From contig NW_004797961.1 in the NCBI RefSeq assembly GCF_000002075.1, positions 169,017-233,016 on the forward strand: a stretch of 64,000 bases of DNA, written 5' to 3'. The notes beneath the pieces were generated by a model. That model was not told the origin of the DNA. It saw only the letters and a list, made by a program, of their open reading frames with translations, and made no database searches. Position numbers and translations under genes: made by a program. Numbering within the stretch: position 1 is the stretch's first letter; each line of letters opens with the position of its first letter. Origin of the DNA: Aplysia californica. Lineage: Eukaryota. Below, one piece after another: positions 25,310 to 37,300 of the stretch.

Positions 25310-28300
25310 TTCTACATGTGAGCAGATCCCTCTATCTTTAAAAAGAAAGAAGAATCAAACTAGCTATGTTTTATCCACTGAAGTAACAACACTATACAAT
25401 AAATTCCAAAACTCAATATCCAGATGTCCAGGAGAAAAATAAACTTTCAACAAAATTCAAAGCCAAACAATTGAGCAACAAAATGAGAAATCATTTGGAA
25501 ACATCTTGGACATCACAAACAGGTACCTAAATCTTCCAAGATGAATATATCAGGTTCCGTGAGGTCAGCCTTAGAGGAAAGACAGGATGTAACAAAACAA
25601 CGATTTTTTAGAACAACTTAGGTATATTCAATCCATGCTTACTAATACAAGCATTACATACAAAATTAACATCATCAACCCCCCCCCACCATTTCCATTC
25701 TACCTTGAAATGATGATTCAGAATACAATCTTGAACAGGCAGAGGTGGCTGCTAGCGTAGGTTTGACTGTATACCCAATGACACAATGAAATCTCCTTAA
25801 TAGTTAGCTACCTTTAATATTAGTGCAAAGACGGACGATAACTTTTACCCTCAAAAAGGCTAACACATCGATCATCACTTTCAATAAGGGTCAGCTTGCA
25901 GAATTATTCTGGTGGAAAGATCATCATCATCATCATCTACTAAAGAACTCCCCTTTTTCTTGTTTTGTTTTTCTTGTTTTATTCTTCTTAAAACATAACA
26001 ATTTGCACCATTTCAACACATTTTTACGTAACTTACAAATATCGGCACCGAGATCAGGACAGGTGGAAAAGAAAAAAAAAGAAAATTCTTGTGTGAAGCA
26101 CTAATAAATAACCTTCAAAGACAATGCCCTATATGAAAGTCACCCACACAGAGGTTCCGACCACGAGCAACTGGAGCAGCTTGCAGCAAAAAGGGGGTTA
26201 ATATGGCACTTGATAAAGAGACACACGAGACAAAAATAGAAAATAAAAGTGTGCGGTTGGCGGGAGCTCTGGTACCGCTTGCTCCTTCATTCCTATCAAA
26301 CATCTAGCGTCCTTATCTTTCCTCCTTCTTTTTTGTGTACGTTACGCTCTGGTTACAACTCTAACCTTTGGCACTTATATGACTTAATTGTGTTGCAAGT
26401 GCCATAAAACTCTTACAATAAAAAAAGGAGAAAAATGTTTTTTTAAAGATCCTACTCCTTTACTGATCCACTCTGCTTCTCTTTACTCAAACAAACAAAG
26501 AGCGCCGTAAAACACTTACCAATACAAAAACCCCAAACAAACGCAGACTTACCCAGGTGAGGCTATACAGGAAAACAAAACTCTGAACGGCATCCGCCTC
26601 CAGATGAGCAGCCATGTCAGGACAGACCACGGCCACTTTGTGCAGTACGCCAAGCATGTCCTCCGTCTCGACAACTCTAGTTAGTAAAGCAATGCATAAA
26701 ATGAAAATAAAAACATTTCACTGATGCCTCAAAGATATCAGTAACAACATATAATATTATCAATGAGCTGTTCAGATGTTAAAGCACAGGTGGTTGGCGG
26801 GTGCTCTGGTGTGGTTTGCTCTTTCTTTCCTATCAAACCATTTATCGTCCTTATCTGTCCTCCTTACTTTTATGTATGTTACTCTCTTGAAACACATAAT
26901 CTATTCTTCAGCACTTATATGATCTTATTGTGTTGCAAGTGCCGTAAAACTCTTGCAAAAAATTAAACTAGAGAAGACGTAAAAGCCAAAACAAAAATTT
27001 GAATATTTTTTCTACAGTAGTTTCTTAATCTGCAGTGTCAGTTGCATGTTCTCAAGAAATATTTTCTCGGAATTCAAATTCTGAAAGTTGAAAAAAGCAA
27101 GAAAAAAATACATAATATTAGTATAATCGTTCAAAGAAGGGAGCAGTTTTATTTTTTGGCCATCTTGGACAATTTCCATAGTACTTTGTCTGCTGGATAG
27201 ACTAAGGTGACTTTATCCTTCAAGGGTTAAGAACTATGTTCAAGCAAACGCATGTTTCAGCGCAGAACAATACAAACAGTACCTACCGACACCCAAGCGT
27301 ATACGACACATGTAAAAGACTTCATGAATCATCTCTATCTGACCGGTAAAAAAGCAAACAGTGACAAACTACGTCAAGAGTACGATAATGCAGAGAGTAT
27401 CTACCGAAACCCAAGCGTGTACGACACGTGTAAAAGAACCAGAGCCGTCACTGTCTCCTCCTCACGGCACAGACTTCTCTCCAGCTCACCAGGTTGCTCA
27501 GGACTCCCTGAAAAAAACCAACAAAAAAACAAAAATCTCAAAAAAATAAACAAAAAAGGAGCTTATATTTACATAAAATATTCTTTGATGGTGAAATTGA
27601 TTTGAACAGCAGAGGTGTTTTAAAACAAGTTGGTGAGCAGAAGATATAATAAATAATTTTTAAAATATTTAGAAACTCAGCAATATTTTTTTCCCTTTCA
27701 AACCATAGAGGGGATAAGTCCCCAAAAGTAACTTGTATTATATTTTTTTTTAATTATTTGTGTATGTGTAACTAACTGTAACGTTGTATAACACTAGCGA
27801 ATGTTCCAGAATGGTTTTTTAACAACTTTTGTATTGACGGGAAGTAAAAGTGTTTTGTTTTTTATCACTGACGCTGTGTCATTAACTCATATTGCCCGTT
27901 TACAAGCATGGTTGCGGTCTGAAACAGGCTCATTGCGGAGAGAGCTCGAATGCTCACAAGGAAATGAAAGTGGATCACGGATATAGAACAAAGCACCTGC
28001 TGCAAATTAGCAGGACCAGAGTTAATCATAAATACACAAAATCTTCCTCTTTTTTTTATTCTAAGAGAACAAGAATGTGATTAATATGAGCTTTAAAAAA
28101 AGAAGAAACCCCCCGGCATGTCTAGAAGTGCAAGGAATGCATGAAATTTTGTTTAAAGAAAAAAAGAAGAAAGAGGTTTTTACAACGAATGTGCATGAGT
28201 CCGGCTGCAAGGAGTTGCTCATCACATGACATCAGCAGCGACATTGACTTGCCCACTGTCAGTAACAACTCCGCCAAGACACGACTGGCCAAAATTTTTA

Positions 28301-31300
28301 CTGATTCAGGCACACTGGAAAAAAACAGGTGAAACATGTAGAAAATGTATTTCTAAAGTAGGCGTTTTCATGCACTCATTAAGACTGTTTAGATAATTTA
28401 GGAGGCGGGTGTCAGGGTCAACCCGAGCTGGGAGGGGTACAACATCCCATCCGAAAGACCGTAACTCAATAAAAATTCATTCCTCTTGAGAATTGAACTC
28501 AGGTCTCCGGCATGCAACAGCGAAGCACCTAACCATGACACAAAAGATGATGACGAAACACATATTATAATAATAATAATAATAAATAATAATGATTAAA
28601 TGTGTAAGTATTGTGTTCACTCCACATCATTGTTGCAAATCGTCATACATCTTTTTGGCATACAGGTGGGGAAAGGGAGGGAGGGCGGCAAATAAGAAAG
28701 AAAATTGAGGAATTAATAGAAAAGGTACCGCGTTTTTCTAAGAACAGCACAAAAATGGAGCCATACTTACCTGGGAAGTGAGAGGAAAGAAATAACCTTC
28801 CACGGCACACCAGAAGCGATTAAATCGCGACTCTCAAAGGGAGCGGTTCCGTGCCTCAGTTGCACATTAACGACAGAGAGAAACTTTTCAAGTATCACAT
28901 GATCCTTTAAGCACCACCAGTTTACCTGGAAAAAAAAAATGTTGGAAACAAGATTTCATGAGGATTTCCATCTGACCACTAGATAAACAGTGACAATATG
29001 CTAGGAATACAATTATGAGGAAAGTACCGACTGTTCGGGTTCGAGCCTCGGTTCGGACACAGATTTTTTTCGCAACTCCTGCCCACCCAGCAGTGATGGG
29101 TACCTGACTTCAAGTTGGGGAAGTAAAGGCGGCATGGAAAGGAACTGTCCATCCTACCACAATAATATGCCGAAGGCCTAGGAAGTTGTCTCACTAATAA
29201 GGAAATCCCCATTGTCTGGATCGGATGCGGGAACCACTTTACTTTTTACCTACTGAAACCCAAACATTTATGACATTCGTAAAAGACTTTATGAATTATT
29301 TTGACCAAAACCAATTAAGAAACAGTGACAAATTAAGACAAGATCAGAATTGTGCAGACAACCTACCGGAACCCAAGCATATATGACACATGAAAAAGAC
29401 TTTATTAATTATTTCTATCGGACCAATAAAGAAACAGTGACAGCCTATACAGAGAATATGATAATGCGGGCAGTACCTACCAAAACCCAAGCGTACATGA
29501 CACATGGAAAAGAATCAGAACAGTCACTGACTTTTCCTCAAGGCACTTTGTCAATTTTAATAAGCCAGGAAAAGTTTCGAGCAAAGCACTTTTGGAGTTT
29601 AAACTAGGAAGAAAAGCGCGCTTTTTTTCTATAAATTCTCTGATATACTGATGACATTGAACTCTTAAAAACAATAACAAATCAATAACAGCAACAGCTT
29701 CTTAAACTAAGAATAAATTAAGAAGAAAAGCTTTTTTCTACCCAAAATCGTCTCATATGCTGACCCCTCCGAACTCTTAAACGTGACAACAAATCAATAA
29801 CAACTACAGCTTCCGGTGTTAAACTAAGAAGAACTATTTTTTTTTCAACACATAAATTGTCTCATATGCTGACACCTCCGGACTCTTAAAAAAAGATAAT
29901 TAGTCAATACCAGTGACAGCAAAGACACTCACCTTGACCCAGGGTAGAACTATCTTGCTGATCAGACACTGCAGCGAGTCTTTGAACTCTTTGACCACCT
30001 CAGCTTCATTTCCGCACAGATTTCTGTCTTCAGCAAGCAGCCTGGAGATGTTTCAACTGAAAACTGACTCTCCATAACTCCCTAACATCAGTATACTTTT
30101 GACATCGGATATTTTTACAGAAGAAAAGGAAGGGGGGGGGGGGGGGGGGGAGGGAGCAACAGAGAGACGAAGACAGAAAAATCGAGGAAGGAAAGTATAT
30201 AGAAAGGTAACGAGTGTTGGACAGGTTTGACTGTATCTTTATAAATTGAAGAAATTATAACACTTTGAGGCCACCTGCACTGCCTAAAAAGATTTCCAGT
30301 CACCAGGAACATTTGGTCGCTTTTACGCACAAGGGGGCTATACCGAAATATGCTGTTTTGAGAAAGTCGAAGGTAAAGTTTTTTTCCCTTTGTTCAGTTT
30401 CTTTAAAAGACAAGGAGAGTTTTCTCAATAACTAAACAGATATACAACCAATAAAACCAAACTTTTCCTATAGGTAGGGCAATGTCCACTTTTCGTGTAG
30501 GTCAAGATTTCAGGTAATCCCCCCAAAATGTGGGTTAACCCGTTTGTCCTTAAAAGCGATCATTCACCAAAGTACTCCCTCGAAGCACCAGCTGACCTAG
30601 AGTAATGTCTTCATCTTTAAGTTACTTGCTATTATAATGAGTACTGAACAAGGAGGTAAGAACCTCAAAACCTACAAACGTAAGTTCATGCCAGAATGAT
30701 GTTATGTTATGACCCGGCAGAAGATATTTGGAGATGTCTCCCGTGAGCACCCAGGAACTATTCGGAGACGCACTCCCGCACACAGATGCACTGCTTTGGG
30801 CTGTCAAACTGCGTATTGTTCGCTGAAGATCACATATATAGCCACTAAAACTTCCGCAAATCAATTATTTTCAAGAAAATTTCAAACTTAACTGCAAAAT
30901 ATGAAATTATGGGTTAACCCCCCCCCCCCCCGATTTTTTTACTTGATCAAGAGACACAGAGTATTTTGATTGGTCTATCTCCACCAGAGACGTCTCCGAA
31001 TAGATACTGCACTCCTAAATACTTAGTCATTACAACTTTTTCTCATAAAATCATTCATCTTTATAATTAGTCTTGAGTGTGTTTTTTAGCCCCCACATTG
31101 TTTCACTGTACATCATAGAAGAGACAGTGTACTACGACCTCTACCTGCTTGCTGCGACAACGATATCCATGACTTTGTGCACGACAAACGTGACCTCGGC
31201 ACCTTCTGTGTTAGAGGAACCAAAACATGCGTGGTCTGCGGCGGCCATGACTGCCTTCATTACAGACCCGAGTTTGTGAACGTTGACGGGAGACAGCTGA

Positions 31301-34300
31301 TGTTGTGGTCTGACGAACGATTGGAAAACACACAAGATCGGTTTTACTTTTATCCACATAGCTATGGTCAACATGAAGACATCTAACAGTATGTCATAAT
31401 AAAGAACAACAAAGAGTACATTACAATTCATTACGAGATGAGTTCGGTTTTTACGCACATATCAATCCCAAAATTTCACATAGAGGTCCCCCAGCATAAA
31501 CAGACAACACTTTATACAACTAACTACAAAGTACAACAAATACAGTCCTTCATAATATAATGAATGATGTTATGTCATGAGCTAAAGAATCAACCCCAAC
31601 CCTCCCAAATACTTAGTCATTACAACTTCATAAGTCCTTCATAATATACTAAAACAGACAACACTTCATACAAGTACAAAGTAGCCTACAACAAATAAAG
31701 TTCTCCGTAATATACTAAAACAGACGATAGCCTGTGTCTGATCTCGCCTCACCTGAAAAAAGTGGCAGCGCAGTGGAAAGCCAGATGTGTAATATTCGAA
31801 TGCTTCAGGCCGAGAGTTCTCTCAATGATCTGACAGCTTTGTTGCCACGACTGACTGACAAAGAGCGGCATGTTCTCAGGCTGTCTGGGGATATCAACGT
31901 AGGAAAGAAGTTCAACTGAGTCAAAAAGGACAAAGTACAGTTGAACCTGTCCAAGAGGACCATCTGTTGTCGGAGAAAAGTGGGCAGTTTAAATCTGTCC
32001 CCGTCTTTTTATGCAAGAAAAATTATGAAATTATGCAAACTTAGCCCAAAATTGTGAAATTATGTGATTTTGTTAATTTTAACAAAGAATTATAAAGGAA
32101 AATAATCAGAAATGCCAAAAATGATCAAATTTTGCTAAATTATGAAGGGTGCATAAAACGACGGAGACAGTTAAACACATGGTCTTCTTAAACAATGTCA
32201 TTATTATAATAATATATTTTTTTTTAAACACAATGGGGACAAAGTACAGTTGAACCTGTTGTGTTGTTTGTACAGGTGATTGTCTCAAACAGGTTCCAGT
32301 GTATTTTATTCAGTAGCTTGATCTGTAGCTCATACTTGTAAATAAGGTGTTGGCAGCCAAAAGAAGTACTTTGTCTGTCACTGATAGGATATCAGTCTAT
32401 ACAGATGCATTCAAGATCTGAAGGAATGGATTGTAAGAAGAGATTTTAGAAAAGAAAGAACAAATGATGGTAAAATTTATTCATAAAAAGATTTAAAAAA
32501 GTAGAACACAGTCATGAGGAGGGTTGGCCATAGGTAGCAACAATCAACTGGACAACTGTTTTTACTTACATTTACAAGAACATGTTAAAGATTTTTTTTT
32601 TTTAAGAAATAGATCAAGGCCAATCAAATGCTTAGTGCAAGACTCTGCCAAGAACCATTTTGAAAAGTGACATGAGAAGTGGAAATGGAGATCAGCAAGT
32701 TGTGAGGTAATCTGCTAACCTTTCCAATATTTCCTTGAACAAAGTCAGTCCTTCCTCAGCGGTGCCAAAGTTCTCACAGTCAAGTGTCTCTCTCAGAGCT
32801 GCCAGGCAAGAGTCGATGCCTAAGAGCAAACATTTTTTTTTTTTAAAACAAAAAAAACCCAGGCAGGAAAGGAGGCGAAAGGAGACAATTTTAGAGAAGA
32901 AAATTTTTCGGTCGCTACCCGGATTTGAACCCGGGACTTTTGAATGAGAGGCAAACACCTTAACCTCAAGGCCACGAGAGCCCCCCCCCCCCCCCCCCCA
33001 GTATTGTTAGTATACACTTATCTTATCTATATTATATCTTGTGGAATATCAATATCCACAGTAAACGCAGACAAAGCTGTAAAGTTAACTCCAACCAATC
33101 ACCCTCACCATAATAGGAAATAAATAGCCATTATCATGTTGATATGCAGCTCCATATTTTCAATCAAATCAACACAACATGACACCCCCCCCCCCACACA
33201 CACACACACAAACACATACACACAACAAAAAATTTAATCTATAGTTTAGCCACACAAATTTTGTTCATTTGCGACCATGATATAGTTCAAATAGCTGTGA
33301 CACAGTGACTACTTTAAACAATGAGTGGTAAAACCCAGTGTTCGTTAATTGCTTCAGCGTGCTCCTCTGAGAATAAACAATTCTTTTTTTTTTTTACAGT
33401 TAAGTTAAGCTAATATAAAGTTAATTTCATTAATAAGTTTCTTCTCCTACTTAATATAGCAATCCATGTGGAAGCTATACTGTTTCAACTTTAAAAAGGT
33501 GAATCACCCCTTAAAATTGTTACCCTTTAAAGATCAAAGCCTACAAATTAAAAAAACCCAAAAAACTATCTGTATCAACTCTCAAGACAAGAAGTCTCAT
33601 ACCATAAACAGCATGACATTTCTCATAAAACGCCTGGTGCTGAGCCATGGAAAGCAGACATCGGAAAACAGTGCTGTTGAGAAAAAGAGAACGTTGTAAT
33701 ATAAATATTCATCCATCGATGTCTCACAATGACATAATAATATGGATGCAGATGAGAGATTTTTAATAGAGAAATATAAAAAAAAAAAAGGGTGATTTGT
33801 GGCTCCTGCGCTATGGTCAACGAGACCAATTCTGACACAGAGACTGTAACAATAATAGCACTATAGTTCTGGATCCTGCGTTATATCTGCAAACTTTTCC
33901 CTCTGATAGCTTTTTCTGACATCAAGAAGTACGGCTTCTAAATCGAAATCTATATCACCAATATCTGAATCTTTTGTCTTCTTGCAATTCATGCCTCGAT
34001 TGCAAGTCGAGAATGACATAAAGATCTATCACAAGTTAAATCTCATGTTCAACAGTTACATACATAGAATTTCTTACATATAAAGAAACATTTATTGCAG
34101 TTATTGTTACTGCACAGGATAGCATTAATCATTACCACAAAAAATACAACAACAACAACAACAAAAACAAAAACACCAAGAAAACAACTGATAATAAGAA
34201 TAGGAAGACCAAGAAAAATGTCCAGCAGAAATCACTGACAGAATTTAACACCATACCTGAGCAGTAAAGAATTCTTCGTGTGCAGGGACTCAAAGACAAA

Positions 34301-37300
34301 CTCTGAAACATTGACAACGTTTTGGGATTAGTCACATAGCAGACAACAAGATTCCAATGACTTGAGATTCATTTTTTTTTTTTTTTTTAAAGGCTTTTCA
34401 AATCTTCGTACAAAAACAATGAAAGCAAGAAAATGTCCTTCTACAACCACGGTACAACATGAACTTCATTGGTTGAATTAATGACTAGTTCATGGTCTAA
34501 TAGTCCTGCAACATCATGTTTGAAAAAATACATTGATCAGTACCACTGACCTAAATAGATGATCAGTACATTAGGCAAATATATATCATGCATCACCTGA
34601 TACCAAAACGGTCTTGCTGATACCCGAGACCGTAATTTATACCAAAACTGTCTTTGCTGATACTGTATTTTAATGTATCTGGGTGTGCCTGGCGTCAGAG
34701 GTAAACTGAGCCAGAAAATGGCTGCTGAATTAAGTTTGGTGAATTCCAAAGCTCGAGTGCCATTGGAAACTGGAAACGACAAATTTACAATTTTTGTGCC
34801 TTTCATCAACGTTTGTCAGCAAAATCCGCACAGGTATTAATTGTTTTTAAATGGACACAATTAAAAGGTTTTAAGCCCAGAAAAAAAAATTGATAAATTG
34901 CCCAACAGTTGGAAAAAATGTCAGTTTCTTCCATTTCACTATTTTGACGAGCGCTTGATTTGACCCTATCCGTACGTCGTGTTTTACAATCGTTTCCATA
35001 CGCACGACGTGGGGAACTCTGTGCCACCACTTTCCAATGAGGAAATTTACTCGTTAATCCGATCCATATGCTTTGCATAGCAGTCTGTCAAAATGATTTT
35101 TTGAGAAATACTGAAAGTTTCAAAGAGATGTTCGTACTAAACGTATTCTAAAATGTGAAGAATATACATTGTATATACCACCCCAAGGGTACAAAATGAC
35201 CCAAGGCGTACGGATAGGGTTAACCACGATGCCACAAAAGATACAAGTGCAATACCCGCTAGATCTGTGGCCATAATATCCCTGGACTGCTGTACATCTT
35301 CCGCGCTGGACACTACGACATATAGACACTGGACTCCCAGGAGCACAAGCTCTTCGTCTTTTGTAGTCAGAATTTTCTTGAGCCCCATGAGAAGAGTGGG
35401 ATCTCCTGGCACGTCCCGTCCCACGTGAATCAGGATGCTCCGCAGATCTCGTGACCGTAGGGTCTCTTTCAACAATCCTGTCACCACAAGAGGAGGACAA
35501 GAAGGATTGGGGGGGGGGGTATATTATGAAAATATATACACCTTTATCATCATCTATATAGGAAGCAAAATGTTGTGGACATATTACATGTACTTCGAAG
35601 GATAACTAAAAGACATTAGGTTGCTCTACCAATAATGGATTTTCATAAAGTATATATTGTATATTATGAAGTGTACACCTTTATCACCCTCTATTTATGT
35701 AGCAAAATCTTGTGGACATAATATTACTTCGAAGGATAACTAAAAGACATTAGCTTTCTCTGCCAATAATGAAATTTCATCTTTTGTTTTTCCCTATATT
35801 TCTATGTTGCATATTTCACAAACGAATGGAAAACAGTACCAACCTCTGATCAGCAATAAGAAACTTCTATTGAAGCAACAAAAGACCCATAGATTCAGAG
35901 CTTATCAAAATCCTCATAGTAAGGAACAGATCAGTATTAAAAAAACAGACAACGATGTGAACAGGACATCAAAGTAAGCGAAACACTTTTAGCGTCCGAC
36001 AATTCTCACTCACTTAAACACGCTCTGTGAAAGTCCCGTCCCAGATCGCCATCATTGAGCCACGGGATTTGAGCCTCTGCAATCTTCCACACAAAGTTTT
36101 CCACGTCGGGTGGCCATTCTGCGTCTTCAGAGCAGAACACGGCCATTACGTGCGTCAGCAGCTGTACAAAAGTCTTCCTGATCGTCTTCGACAAAGTACC
36201 ACTCACTGCCAGTATCTCAGACAGTAGGTGAGCTAAAAGATTTTTTAAAAAAAGGGTTTTTAAAAATGAAAAGGTATTTGCAACAGGATCAACAACAAAA
36301 AAAGAGAAAGAAAGAAAGAACAGTATCTCAGACAGTAGGTGAGCTAAAAGATTTTTTTAAAGGTTTTTTTAAAATGAAAAGGTATTTGCAACAAAATTTA
36401 TTTTTAAAAAGAAGAAAGAAAAAACCAATGGAAAGGTATTTGCAAGTCATCAGTCGCATTACCAATAAATCTCCTTATAAAGTTCTAAAACCTGTGTATT
36501 AGTCACGCCATGAAAAGTGAAACTGCAGTGAAACACGTGACGCAGGCTGGGGATGATAACAGGCTGAACAAAAAATATAAGTAATGATAGCACAGCAATT
36601 CTTTATCTCCATCTTTTTTTGTTGTTGTTGTTGTTGCTAGAAGCATCTTTCCTCTACATTGTAACATGTAACTGACATTGAATTAATCAATAGGAATCCA
36701 CAGACGCTTTTGTATGCCTGTATTAATTTCATCAAAAATCCACTGACACTTTTGTATGCCTGTATTAATTTCATCGAGTAACTTGATCTTTTTGCTCGGG
36801 CGCCATATTCCATTCTCTCTGTGTTGGCCTAGATAGCCAAAAGAACCCTGGGGCCTCGTAAATGATCTGAATCATGTCAAAGGAGCCAACACAGTTCAGG
36901 TAAAAGGGACAATTCCAGTCCTGTGACTACTCCACAAGTGTACAATTGTCAGCGTTTGATCAGTGCTTACTTTACTTTATTTTATCCGTCCTCTTTGTAC
37001 CTCAATGGCGCTTGGGGAGAAAGAGCTTCCTGTCTCTAGCAAGTTTGATGGCTTGGCTGGGTGGGATATTGTATGTTCTCAGGGTATCCTTCACATCCAG
37101 GTCTTTCTTGGTCTTCCTTTTGCCTTGCACCCTGATACTTTTCTGCACTAGGCTTTACTGGCAAGCTGGCGATGTGCCATACGTGTGAGATGTCCAAACC
37201 ACCCGATTGTTTGCCTTCGAATGTAGTGGAGGACAGGTGTTGTTCCCATCATTTCTCTGATCTTGGTGTTTCTGGCAATGTCCCGTCTGGTTTTGTTGAC

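Noticed and set aside
24855-25442. ORFs spanning N runs
   Set aside because: Artefacts of assembly gaps.
31177-31386. + strand Cys/His-rich ORF (CVVCGGHDCLH)
   Set aside because: It is the antisense of MEI1 E12.
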